From: Octopus sinensis
Taxonomy: Eukaryota
Reading direction: 5' to 3'
NCBI RefSeq assembly: GCF_006345805.1
Contig: NW_021832701.1
Span: 1 to 30,117, forward strand
DNA length: 30,117 nucleotides
The position numbers were made by a program, and so were the translations under genes. Shown here piece after piece: positions 1 through 9,735 of this stretch. Each line of letters opens with the position of its first letter. Position 1 is the first letter of the stretch. The notes below the pieces were generated by a model. That model worked only from the letters and a program-made list of their open reading frames with translations, had not been told where the DNA came from and searched no databases.

Positions 1-475
1 AGAGAAAGAGTAATATATATACACACACATACATTGTATTAAATGTTTCAGGATAAGTTGATGGTGTACAAGCGTGCGCTTGCGCGCATGTCTGCGATCT
101 TAAGAATATTCATTTCACAGCCATGAAGGAACCGAGTTCGTTCCCGCTTCATGGCATCTTAAGCAAGTTTCTTTTTTTACCACAGCCACGGGCTTGACTG
201 AAGCTGCATCACCCTGATTCCTCTACGTTGTTAAAAGCATACGTTATTGCTATACATATCTGTTCAGCCATTTTGCACATTGGTTCAAAGCGTAGATTGC
301 TCATTCAATGCAGGATTCTCAACCGTTTCATTTCGTCTCTGTTGGAATTCTTTGATTACCATTTCATTCTGGTGGACCCCCCACAGTCATTCGTTTTTTA
401 AAAACAAGTTTTATAGATACTTTGTTCAAAATTTCCATTTTGTTTATCATGTTTTCACTTGTGTAGGTTGAACTA

Positions 476-589
476 CCGTAAATCCTCGAGTATTATCCGC
501 ATTTTTCCCCCCAAAATTTAAAGGTCAAAATCCCTAGTGCGTACCATATAAGAGGTTAAAAGTGAAAATTATTTTCTAAGCAATGTCCG
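476..589 (+). mobile_element. Truncated left-end duplicate of the Tc2/pogo-type MITE at 609-1128
   Basis: TA + CCGTAAATCCTCGAGTATTATCCGC...AAGCAATGTCCG aligns with 609-720 at high identity. It is followed by a 17-bp unrelated spacer (590-606). Confidence 0.8.
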
Positions 590-608
590 CGGTTCAGCGC
601 TTTCAGTA

Positions 609-1128
609 CCGTAAATCCTCGAGTATAATCCGCATTTTCCCCCAGAATTTAAAGGCCAAAATCCCTAGTGCGTACTATATACAGGGTTAAAAACGAAAAA
701 TATTTTCTAAGCAATGTCCGAGTCTCTATTTGCTGTTCGGCAATGTATATTCAGATGCATTTTGTGATGTGGGCGCGAAAATACCTTAAGCTAAGCCTGA
801 AAGCAATGAAGTCATAAAAGAATCATCCATAACATGCAGTAAACAACATTTATTAAAATAAAAATATTCAGAACACAGAATAACATGTACCAAAAACAAT
901 TTGCAAACATATTTACATTCCCATATAACAGTTAAGAACATCACCATTATTGTATTACGCATGCGCGGAAGTGTTTGTTCGACTTGGTGCTGCTGGCTTA
1001 ATTACGCACGACTCAAGTTAGAGAAGGGGTGCGTATTATACACAAGGTTTACGTTTTTCAGAGGTACAGCCCCCTAAAAATCCCTTGTGTATTATACTCA
1101 AGGGCGGACTATACTCGAGGATTTACAG
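609..1128. mobile_element. Tc1/mariner superfamily (Tc2/pogo-type) MITE, about 520 bp
   Basis: TIRs are CCGTAAATCCTCGAGTATAATCCGC and GCGGACTATACTCGAGGATTTACAG, with TA on both flanks (607-608, 1129-1130). Subterminal GTGCGTAYTATA-type repeats are present and there is no transposase ORF. CCGTA-starting TIRs are typical of Tc2-group elements. Confidence 0.85.
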
Positions 1129-1578
1129 TATGTAAAACATTGATGAAAGAAACTTAACTGTTTCTTGTCATAAATACATATAAAGCAAAATCGTTTTCAT
1201 GGACCTATGAAATACTACAGTGGACCCAAGTTATTATTTTGCTTGTATGGAACCCAATCACCTTATATGGACCCCAAGGGTCATATGGCCCATGGTTGAG
1301 AACCACTGACTTGGTAGGTAGGACACATGGACGCTCATACAGCGTTCTCGATGGAAGAGTCCATCATCCAGACAGTCACTCAAGCGTACACCCACCCCTA
1401 TTTATATCAATTATCTAATCTTGTTTCAGTCATTAGTGTACAGCCATACTGGAGCACCACCTTGAAAATTTTTTACCCCAGTATTGTTTTTTTAAAGTCT
1501 GGTACGCAAACACCACATCGGTTGTCAAGTGGCTGGGATGGTCAAACACGATAACTCAAAGACATATGCACGTATACA

Positions 1579-1623
<45 letters not shown>

Positions 1624-1642
1624 ATCTATCTATCTATCTATC
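1579..1642. repeat. (CT)n/(CTAT)n microsatellite
   Basis: Seen directly in the sequence. Confidence 0.95.
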
Positions 1643-1863
1643 TGGCAGAATCGTTAGCACGCCAGGCGAAATGCTTAGCGGTTTTTCGTCCGCTTCTGCG
1701 TTCTGAGTTCAAATTCCGCCCAGGAAAACTTTGCCTTTCATCCTTTCGGGGTCGATAAATTAAGTACCAGTTACGCACTGGGGTCGATGTAATCGACTTA
1801 ATCCGTTTGTCTGTACTTGTTTGTCCCCTCTATGTTTAGCCCCCTGTGGGTAGTAATGAAATA
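1642..1863 (+). mobile_element. tRNA-derived SINE-A, tail type 1
   Basis: A-box-like TGGCAGAATCG and B-box-like GAGTTCAAATTCC are present. The body is CCTTTCATCCTTTCGGGGTCGATAAATTAAGTACC and the tail is TTTAGCCCC.TGTGGGTAGTAA. There are at least 9 related copies in the window. Confidence 0.92.
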
Positions 1864-2074
1864 TATCTATCTATATACAACATGCTTCTTTTAGTTTCCG
1901 TCTACCAAATCCACTCACAAGGCTTTGATCGATCCGAGGTTATACTTGCCCAAGGTGCCAGAAGATGGAACCATGTGATTGGGAAGCAAGCTTCTTACCA
2001 CACTGCTATGCTATATATATATATATATATATATGCTGTATATATGTAAAATATATGTATGTGTGTGTATATGT

Positions 2075-2285
2075 TTGTGTGTCTGTGTTTGTGTTTGTTC
2101 CCCCAACATTGCTTGACAACCGATGCTGGTGTGTTTACGTCCCCGTAACTTAGCGGTTCGGCAAAAAGAGACCGGTAGAATAAGTAGTAGGCTTACAAAG
2201 AATAAGTCCCGGGGTCGATTGATTTACTCGACTAAAAGCGGTGCTCCAGCATGGCCACAGTCACATGACTGAAACAAGCAAAGCA
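2075..2285 (+). mobile_element. Head-less SINE-BC tail
   Basis: GCTTGACAACCGATGCTGGTGTGTTTACGTCCCCGTAACTTAGCGGTTCGGCAAAA...GTGCTCCAGCATGGCCACAGTCACATGACTGAAACAAG, preceded by a TA/TG microsatellite. Confidence 0.9.
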
Positions 2286-2291
2286 GGGAGT

Positions 2292-2317
2292 GTATATATA
2301 CATATATATATATATAT

Positions 2318-2364
<47 letters not shown>

Positions 2365-2392
2365 TATATATATATATATATATAATTACATA
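2292..2392. repeat. (TA)n microsatellite
   Basis: Seen directly in the sequence. Confidence 0.95.
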
Positions 2393-3759
2393 TAAACAAG
2401 ACTAGATTATAGTATTGTATATTTCTGGCCCATTTCCTTATATCTGATTTCTTTCTTTCTTTCTTTCTTTCTTCATTAATTCGCTTATTTATTCACTCAG
2501 GTATTTGGAATATTTTACTGATACGGTCTAATTACTCAGTTGTGCTACTCTCTTGTCAGCGTCTGTGCGTACGTGCTTGTACGCACGCGCGTACATGTGT
2601 TTCTGTGAATATGTGTGTGTCTGTGTATGCGCGTGTACGTGCGTATGTCCCCGTATGAGTGCAGACGCACTTCGATATAGTTCGTATCAACTGTTGCTTT
2701 TCCCATAACAAAACCAAAACAGCCTATTTTATGGTCGAACCCTTTCGTTATTTATCTTGGCAAAAGATAGGTGGGGCGACGTCTCTGTCCTTTGAAATTC
2801 CATAATAGCGATCGTGAGATTAGAAATGTGTGGTATCTCTGTCCTTTCTGTGACACCCCAAACTAGTTGAAGGTGGGGTGGTTTTGCGGGTATACCCTTT
2901 CACTGACATGCCAGACTAGCGAAGGTGTTTTATGTTTTTTTTACTTGATGATCAGTTGGAATGGCTGTCGCTGAGTTACCCTTTTTGTTTTTTTTTTAAA
3001 GAAAATTTAATTTAGTGAGTGAAAATGATTAAATTTAATTTATATTATACCCGTAGAGAGAGAGAGGGAAAGGAAAAAGGAAACAATAAGCAAAGACAAA
3101 TCACTAGTTTTGTTATTAATTTTGATAATGAAAGTTAAATGTGTTTGATCTCGGCAGTGTGTGGACAACTCAGGTTGAGTTCCAGTCTTATTAAACCTCT
3201 TCAGCAATATATAGTCTTCACTTGTAGTTTCTAGATCTGAAAGACATAAAATAGTTGAAGTGAATAAATTCTGACAGGTGTAACAACTTAGAATAATATC
3301 TGAGGAAATATTACCCAGGGACACCGTCTGCATTACTCAGAAACAAATGATTCAATGCTAACATATTTAATATTGAGAGCCAAGAAGACGTTTCTGTTGT
3401 TTTACGAAAAAAGCGTTGCATAGGACACAGAGAGATTAACAAAAGAAAGAGAGATAAATATGCCAAAAATCCTATCCTTGCTATATTCAAAACCGGTCTT
3501 GATCCACTCCATGTAGATCCAGTTTTATCCATATATTTAAGCCAAGTTAAAATCTACTCCTCATCTTACATCTAATATCTAAATCCCCACTTCTCCACCT
3601 TATATCGACAGCCTTCTTTACGGCTAAACCCCAGCCTGATCGTGCCTCACTTAAATCTCATTTAAACATAGTTTATCTTATGCCTAAGTTCAGTCTTAAT
3701 CCTTTTTATCGTAATCTCAAATTAAACGTTCTTTCTTTCTACGTTTGTTCTCTTTACAG

Positions 3760-3829
3760 ATAAATATTACATCAATCTTGACAAACGTTATGGCAACATG
3801 GAAGACTCCTACGTCTACACACAAAGTCT
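3760..3829 (+). CDS. Internal coding exon (phase 1 to phase 2) of an EXPERA-domain membrane protein: (x)KYYINLDKRYGNMEDSYVYTQS(L)
   Basis: A polypyrimidine tract plus TTTACAG acceptor ends at 3759, and a GTAAGT donor starts at 3830. The Y...D.RY....D..V..Q motif is typical of EXPERA/EBP-family proteins (recognised from memory). The exon splices in frame to 5367. Confidence 0.88.
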
Positions 3830-4216
3830 GTAAGTATCTGTCATACAACTGTCCTAACATTGGTAACTAATCTCTTTTGACGATGCATCTCGTTACTGTC
3901 TTCTCCAACCATGTACGCCATTTTCTTTTAAAATTATCATTAGATTAGTCTGGAGGGAGGGACGGACTTCTATGGCTTTTGCAGACTATCAGAGAACAAC
4001 CGTTGAGATTGATGTCGTTAACGTTTCACTTGAACAGCTGAAAGTCCACTACCGCAGAATAGTTCTATTTGAACGGTTGCCAGTCCAGTGGGACAGAATT
4101 CCAGACATAGTGATTAGTAAGGGACCGTAATAGAGGCGGAGATAAACACAATATGTGTGCGTGTGTTTGTACGTGCATGTTAGCATTTATAGAATACTAT
4201 ATCTTGGTATTATCTA

Positions 4217-4602
4217 AGGCATTAGCAAGCCGGGCGAAATGCTTAGCGGTATTTCGTTTGCTGCTACGTTCTGAGTTCAAATTCCGCCGAAGTCGACTTT
4301 GCCTTTCATCCTTTCGGGGTCGATTAAATAAGTACCAGTTACGCACTGGGGTCGATGTAATCGACTTAATCCGTTTGTCTGTCCTTGTTTGTCCCCTCTG
4401 TGTTTAGCCCCTTGTGGGTAGTAAAGAAATAGTTATTTCGTCTGCCGTTACGTTCTGAGTTCAAATTCCGCCGAGGTCGACTTTGCCTTTCATCCTCTCG
4501 TGGTCGATAAATTACGTACCAGTTGCGTACTGTGGGTCGATGTAATCGACTAGCCCTCTCCCCCCAAAAATCGGGCCTTGTACCTAGTGTAGAAAAGAAT
4601 AT
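4217..4602 (+). mobile_element. SINE-A dimer: unit 1 with tail type 1 (to 4432), head-less unit 2 with tail type 2 (4433-4602)
   Basis: Two tandem SINE-A bodies with the junction AAAGAAATAG|TTATTTCGTCTGCCGTTAC. Unit 2 ends with ...CCCCCAAAAATCGGGCCTTGTACCTAG. Confidence 0.9.
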
Positions 4603-5014
4603 GGGTTGTGCTAGGAGGAAACACGGGTGAGTATTTCTAACCGATCGAGCGACTGGATCAAGGATTTACTCTGTCTTCGTGATGTGTGCGATGAGCGTAT
4701 TTTTGTATTAAAGAAAACAAGTTTCGCATGGCGCTCTTGTTAATTATGTCTCGCACTACATCATCGTTTCCCGCTATTTAATGCTGTTTAATGTCATTCA
4801 CAGAACATACTACATACCTCGTTGATAATTGTCCTCTTCAGCCAAAGATACTGTTGCTAATCCCTCAAACATACATTCCGTTATGACCTGTTCTCTTCGA
4901 CGATACGTCCATTGCTAACTGTCGGCACGTAATCCTATATTTCGTTGATACCTGTTGTAGTTACACCTGCGACCTGTTCTAATTATATAAGGATTTCCAA
5001 TATTTCATCCAAAA

Positions 5015-5165
5015 CACACAAAGACACACAGAGGCTCTCTCTCTCACACACAAAGGTTCTCACTCTCTCTCTCACACAGAGAGGCTCTCTCTCTCTCTCA
5101 CACACACACACAGAGGCTCTCTCTCTCTCCTTCTCTCTCTCTCTTACTCTCTCACACACACACAG
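5015..5165. repeat. Compound (CA)n/(CT)n repeat built of ACACAGAGGCTCTCTCTC-type units
   Basis: Seen directly in the sequence. Confidence 0.9.
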
Positions 5166-5366
5166 ATGACCACATCATGCACAAAGACAGTAGGTATTGG
5201 TACTGCGTGAACCACAGACCCTAAAATAGCACGCACTTTCCGTTCTGTACAAACTATGTAAATAGTGAAACGCACATATCTACAGAAACACGTACATGCA
5301 CAAAAGCATTATTTCCACACAAATGCACTCGTGTAATTATGTGCTTTCATACTTTTTTTCTTGTAG

Positions 5367-5412
5367 AATGAATTATGCAGAAGTCATTTTGAACCTCTAC
5401 ACCTGTTATTTG
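5367..5412 (+). CDS. 46-nt internal coding exon (phase 2 to phase 0) of the EXPERA-domain gene: (L)[15 protein letters not shown]
   Basis: The acceptor TTTTTTTCTTGTAG ends at 5366 and the donor GTAAGT starts at 5413. The length of 3n+1 exactly bridges the phase-2 end of the 3760 exon and the phase-0 start of the 8139 exon. N..E is a conserved EXPERA motif position. Confidence 0.88.
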
Positions 5413-5440
5413 GTAAGTTGTTTCTCTAGTGTTTTTTCAT

Positions 5441-5720
5441 TGCACACATACGCACACGCGCACACACGCACACGCACACACACGCACACGCGCACACACG
5501 CACACGCGCACACATGGACACGCGCGCACACGCACGCACGCACACGCACGCACACGCACGCACGCACACACATATGGAGGCAGAAATACGCACTCACTCA
5601 CACATATACACTCGCGCACAAACGCACGCACACACACATACTTTCACACTCAAACTTGCGCACATTCATCCTTACACACACACGAAAATGTGCGCACACC
5701 CACACACACACAGAGGCATC
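5441..5720. repeat. (CA)n/(CACG)n compound microsatellite
   Basis: Seen directly. It is the source of several spurious His/Thr/Arg ORFs. Confidence 0.92.
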
Positions 5721-5835
5721 GCCGAGTGATTGTTAAGTTCCTTTCGCAGCGATGCGGTCTCGGGTTCGATTCCAAATCACGGTTTTTCGGGTAAATACCT
5801 CTACCATTGTCTCTGGTTGACTCGAGACTTGTGGT
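5714..5835 (+). mobile_element. Old, diverged SINE-BC-like head
   Basis: B-box-like GGGTTCGATTCC followed by TTCGGGTAAATACCTCTACCATTGTCTCTGGTTGACTCGAGACTTGTG, loosely matching the BC head. Confidence 0.4.
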
Positions 5836-6172
5836 CACTGAACCCCAAAGCGCTTCTCTCTTAAAATCTTCGTATTTATGAACTTGTTGGGAATGAAAAA
5901 TTAATATTCACAAAGCCAAAGGACATTTTCATTGACCAAATTTGAAAGGATGAAAAAACAACCCACCCTACCCCCCAAAACCCCCGAAAGAAACAAACAA
6001 AAAACGACCAACCAAGGTACAAAGTAACACTTCCTAGTTCTGTCTTCTTGACCGTCGGCCCAAGAATCTCGCCACACTGGACTCTCCCAGATCCACAGCA
6101 TACCGCGCTTCGTCTTAATAAAGCAGTCGTTATTTGAACGGATTTTAATTTTTTATTGGGCTGAATGAAATT

Positions 6173-6355
6173 GGCGTAGGCATGGGTGCTGTGGTTTTGG
6201 GTTCAGTCCCGCACTGCGGCACCTCGGGCAAGTGTCTAAGTGTCTTCCACTATAGCGCCAGGCAGACCAATGTCTTGTGAATGAAGTTCGATGGAAGGAA
6301 ACTATGCGGAAGTTTGTCGCACATACATACGTATATACATACATACATACATACT

Positions 6356-6396
<41 letters not shown>

Positions 6397-6645
6397 TACA
6401 TACATACATACATACATACATACATACATACACACACACACATACATACATACACACATACATACATACATACACACATATGTATGTATGTATGTATGTA
6501 TGTATGCATGTATGTATGTATGTATGTATATTGTGTGTGTGTGTGTGTGTGTGTGTCTTTGTGTCTGTCACCTCGGGGCACTTGTCAACCGGTGTTAGCT
6601 TATTTGCGTCCACGTAACGTAGTGGTTGAACAAAAGAATAAATGG
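6173..6645 (+). mobile_element. Diverged full bipartite SINE-BC (head 6173-6320, linker microsatellite 6321-6556, tail 6557-6645)
   Basis: GGCGTAGGCATGG...GGGTTCAGTCCC...GGCACCTCGGGCAAGTGTC head, an (ATAC)/(CA)/(GTAT)/(TG) linker, and a CTTGTCAACCGGTG...CGTAACGTAGTGGTT tail. Confidence 0.75.
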
Positions 6646-7285
6646 AAAAAAATAAATTTAGGAAAAACAAATAAACATCAATAAATAAAATAGAATAAAA
6701 GCTAGAGATTTAATGAGACTTGTGTAAGATCAATAATCAATTGCTAAGATTCCAACATACATTGCATTAGATATGATACATTTCATTTTGAGACCGAAGC
6801 GAGAGCCGGGCATACAGTGTCACAACGCACTGGACATAAAGGCAAAATACTGAACGATATTAGCGATGGAGGATATTTTCTCGGCAGGCTTGCCACTTTT
6901 GAACCTTTCTGTGCATTCTTTTCGGAGATAATGTCTAATTGATGTTTTAAAAGACACCGTTCACAAGTTTTATTATTGCAAACGCATCGGCTTTGTCGCC
7001 ATGTGACTGTGATGAGGCCGCTAAAATTTTCGTATTTAATATAAACGAATGACGTCAATTTCATCATCAGCCAATCAAATACTATCTTCTTCGCAAAGCC
7101 TATTTATGCTCGCACATACACACATACACATACACACGGGTACATGAATCCAATAGAGTTATTGCCCTTACATCCTTCGGTTACGTTACTGATGGCCAAA
7201 CACTCTGTTGATAAATTCAGAAGTTATCTCCCTTGCAAGTATTCTACGTCTAAAGTTAAATAGTCTACACAAGGACGAAATACCG

Positions 7286-7287
<2 letters not shown>

Positions 7288-7372
<85 letters not shown>
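7288..7372. repeat. (TA)n microsatellite
   Basis: Seen directly in the sequence. Confidence 0.95.
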
Positions 7373-7376
<4 letters not shown>

Positions 7377-7539
7377 GCATACATACATATATACATGCGT
7401 ATGTACGTACGTGTTTATGTGTGTGTGCGTGTGTGTACACATTCATACACGTTAGTCACAGTGCGCTTACTCGCATTTTTGCAACTCGCGAGTGATGCAA
7501 AGCCACCGGATCGGTGATCGGGAAAATTTCTTCCCTGGA

Positions 7540-7710
7540 CAGAATGCTAGTCTCTTACACGATTACGCATTTACAGAGAAGTGTAATGGACCCACCTGAA
7601 ATGAAGTGTTTTGCTCAAGAACACAACGCATCGCACGGTCCAAGAATCGAAACCACAATCTTACGATCATAATGCTGACACCCTAACCACTAAGAACACG
7701 CGCCTCCACA
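7540..7710 (-). mobile_element. tRNA-derived SINE-D
   Basis: The reverse strand reads TGTGGAGGCGCGTGTTCTTAGTGGTTAGGGTGTC...GGTTTCGATTCTTGG...GCGTTGTGTTCTTGAGCAAAACACTTCAT, with A/B boxes. Related copies lie at 14521 and 17883. Confidence 0.75.
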
Positions 7711-7869
7711 TAAAAAATATACTTTTGCTAATATTTCGACAAAGACAAAAACAAAAAAAAATTAAAGTTATCTCCCTTGAAAAGAATTATTTCCCTTGCT
7801 AACACTACATCAAATACGTCTAAGTTATCTCCCTTGTTGAGCATCAAAAAGAGTCACAAATTGTTCGTT

Positions 7870-7995
7870 TTACACACATACGCACACACACAAATACACG
7901 CGCGCACACACACAAATACACGCGCGCACACACACACACATACACACCCACACACACACGCACACACACACAGACACACACACACAGAAACACAT
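7870..7995. repeat. (CA)n-type microsatellite
   Basis: Seen directly in the sequence. Confidence 0.92.
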
Positions 7996-8138
7996 ATAAA
8001 CACTTCATTATTTCATTAATAAAAATATTGCACGTTTCGTTTTTGTCCCGTTCTAATGAATCTCTATTTCTTTCTCTGATCATTTTCTCTAATGTTTGCT
8101 AGTTTCTTATTTCATTTTCCATTTTTTCTCCTTCACAG

Positions 8139-8402
8139 GACAAAATTCGAAGCAAGCACACCATTCCTCTGGCATTCACTGTCACCGTGATGACATTCTG
8201 GAAAACCGTCTTATATTTTCTCATGTTTGCCGAGCCATGTGGAGACACCTCCTACCGAGCAGGAAACTCAGCTCTCTCTGAGTTCTTCCTCGTTATAATC
8301 CCAAACGGTGTTTGGTTGGTTCTTCCTCTTTTGGTTTTGGTCAAACTCTGGGCACACATAACACCTAAGGAACATTTGGAACTGAAGTCGAGAAACGAAT
8401 AA
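8139..8402 (+). CDS. Terminal coding exon of the EXPERA-domain membrane protein: DKIRSKHTIPLAFTVTVMTFWKTVLYFLMFAEPCGDTSYRAGNSALSEFFLVIIPNGVWLVLPLLVLVKLWAHITPKEHLELKSRNE*
   Basis: A long polypyrimidine tract and CACAG acceptor end at 8138. The exon is phase 0 and open to TAA at 8400-8402. It has two hydrophobic segments and MTFWKTVLY and IIPNGVWLVLP motifs typical of the EXPERA C-terminal half (recognised from memory). Confidence 0.92.
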   Translation, partial: DKIRSKHTIPLAFTVTVMTFWKTVLYFLMFAEPCGDTSYRAGNSALSEFFLVIIPNGVWLVLPLLVLVKLWAHITPKEHLELKSRNE

Positions 8403-8769
8403 TTTAATCAATGTCTACATCTCACCAACATCACAAATGCATATTTTAAATATATTTTTTATTTGATTTGATGGGAAGTGCCTGTAATACCACATTCCAT
8501 CATAAGGACGATTAAATCAAATCTATATTATTTTTGTTACAGAAACCTATCATACATCAGAAACCATTACAGAGACATTTTCCATCTATCATATTTTGTT
8601 ATACAAATCTATTCACCCGAACGTACGACATTCTTTTATACAATTACAAAGGAACATTAATCATCCGTGTCACTTTAAAATTATGTTTAATATTTGTTGG
8701 TTTGACTGATCACAATATTTTCATTCTCAGAAGTAGGTATGAAATTTAGAGTGCTTTGTTTAAGGAAGA

Positions 8770-8775
8770 AATAAA
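8770..8775 (+). promoter_or_regulatory. Candidate polyadenylation signal (AATAAA)
   Basis: Canonical hexamer about 370 nt after the stop codon. ATTAAA variants also occur at 8511 and 8881. The hexamer is common by chance in AT-rich DNA. Confidence 0.25.
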
Positions 8776-9239
8776 AGGAAAAAACGATGAAGAAAACGAT
8801 TCCGTTTAATAGAACAGAGCAAGAAAAAGCGTAAATTTGCTTCTAGCCTAACAATCTTTGGTTTTATTTTAGATTAGTACATTAAAGAAACAGATAAATT
8901 TCTTATGAAGAATAGTTAAAAAAAATTAATTGTACAAAATATGTTGCTCGTAACCATTGATAAAGGCATTTTAACTCCGAAATAATGAAATATAACGTAA
9001 AGTGTAAACTACTGTTTAAATTCATTAAATTCATATTTTTCTTAAACAACTTTCACAATTTCAATTATATCCGAAAGTTTGATTTAAACTATATCACCAA
9101 AATATAAGCTTTCGATGATGAAGAAATTTCTGCTAGTGATTACTGTTATTCTTATTATTATTTTATCGGATTAAATGGTTTTATCGGATTAAATGGCAGT
9201 GGATTGGCATAATCTATAGGGCACTGGAAAAGTCGGCAA

Positions 9240-9430
9240 GAGTTGGCAGCAAATGTAGAATGTGAAATGAGATACTTTTTGGTTAATATTCCTTTACATT
9301 CTGAAATTAAATCTTGCTGAGAATGACTTTGTCTTCCATCTTCCGGGTTCGATAAACAGACGGACGTATCACTGCAGTATTTGGGCTAAATAAATCTAAA
9401 ATATAATGCTTACTCCCTCTTAAATAACTG
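9240..9430 (+). mobile_element. Old, highly diverged SINE-A
   Basis: GAGTTGGCAG...CTTTACATTCTGAAATTAAATCTTGCTGAGAATGACTTTGTCTTCCATCTTCCGGGTTCGATAAA aligns loosely with SINE-A. Confidence 0.55.
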
Positions 9431-9579
9431 TGATCATTTCCATGTTTGAAATCCTTCTTTCCCTTTTTTTAAAAAATATTGTTATTATTTCTGTTAAGCA
9501 AATTTACCGATTGTCAAACAATCGAAAATTAATTATCTCGAGCAATCACATAATATCACATACAAATATATTTCCAGTG

Positions 9580-9688
9580 TCATATATATCTATATATCAA
9601 TGTATATATGTGTATAATATACATATATGCATACATATATATACATATGTATAAACGTGTATATGCATATGTAATATATATATATATA

Positions 9689-9733
<45 letters not shown>

Positions 9734-9735
9734 TT
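9580..9735. repeat. (TA)n-rich microsatellite
   Basis: Seen directly in the sequence. Confidence 0.92.

Larger units (their letters stand above)
311..1308. mobile_element. hAT (Charlie-type) non-autonomous element/MITE, interrupted by a Tc2/pogo-type MITE at 474-1130
   Basis: The right end GGTTGAGAACCACTG (1294-1308) is the reverse complement of CAGTGGTTCTCAACC, a typical hAT TIR. There is a degenerate left-end match CAGGATTCTCAACC (311-324), and TGGACCC motifs recur near both ends. No matching 8-bp TSD is seen. Confidence 0.55.
1421..2011 (-). mobile_element. Bipartite SINE-BC copy (head 1878-2011, tail 1421-1575) whose linker microsatellite carries a SINE-A insertion
   Basis: The tail matches the reverse complement of ...GGTGCTCCAGCATGGC..CAGTC..ATGACTGAAACAA. 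The head matches the reverse complement of GGCTGTGTGGTAAGAAGCTTGCTTCCCAA...GGATTTGGTAGACGGAAACT. The head-linker-tail order is the same as in the copies at 12783-13213 and 28109-28560. Confidence 0.75.

Noticed and set aside
1878-2285. Idea that the BC head was flipped relative to the plus-strand tail by recombination between (TA)n tracts
   Set aside because: The minus head pairs naturally with the minus tail at 1421-1575, with SINE-A inserted in the linker. That reading is more parsimonious.
3040-3532. Two overlapping minus-strand ORFs (97 and 73 aa)
   Set aside because: No recognisable motifs. They are intronic and antisense to the EXPERA gene, and their lengths are compatible with chance.
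1-3759. Upstream exon(s) of the EXPERA gene, for example after the AG at about 2500 or about 120
   Set aside because: No open, EXPERA-like, phase-1-ending exon with a good donor was found. The 5' exons probably lie left of the window or were missed.
7050-7075. CRE (TGACGTCA) next to CCAAT; also minus-strand CUGAUGA-U-GAAA
   Set aside because: A single motif pair in an intron is not enough to call a promoter. The HHR-like string has no stem II and no stem I pairing.
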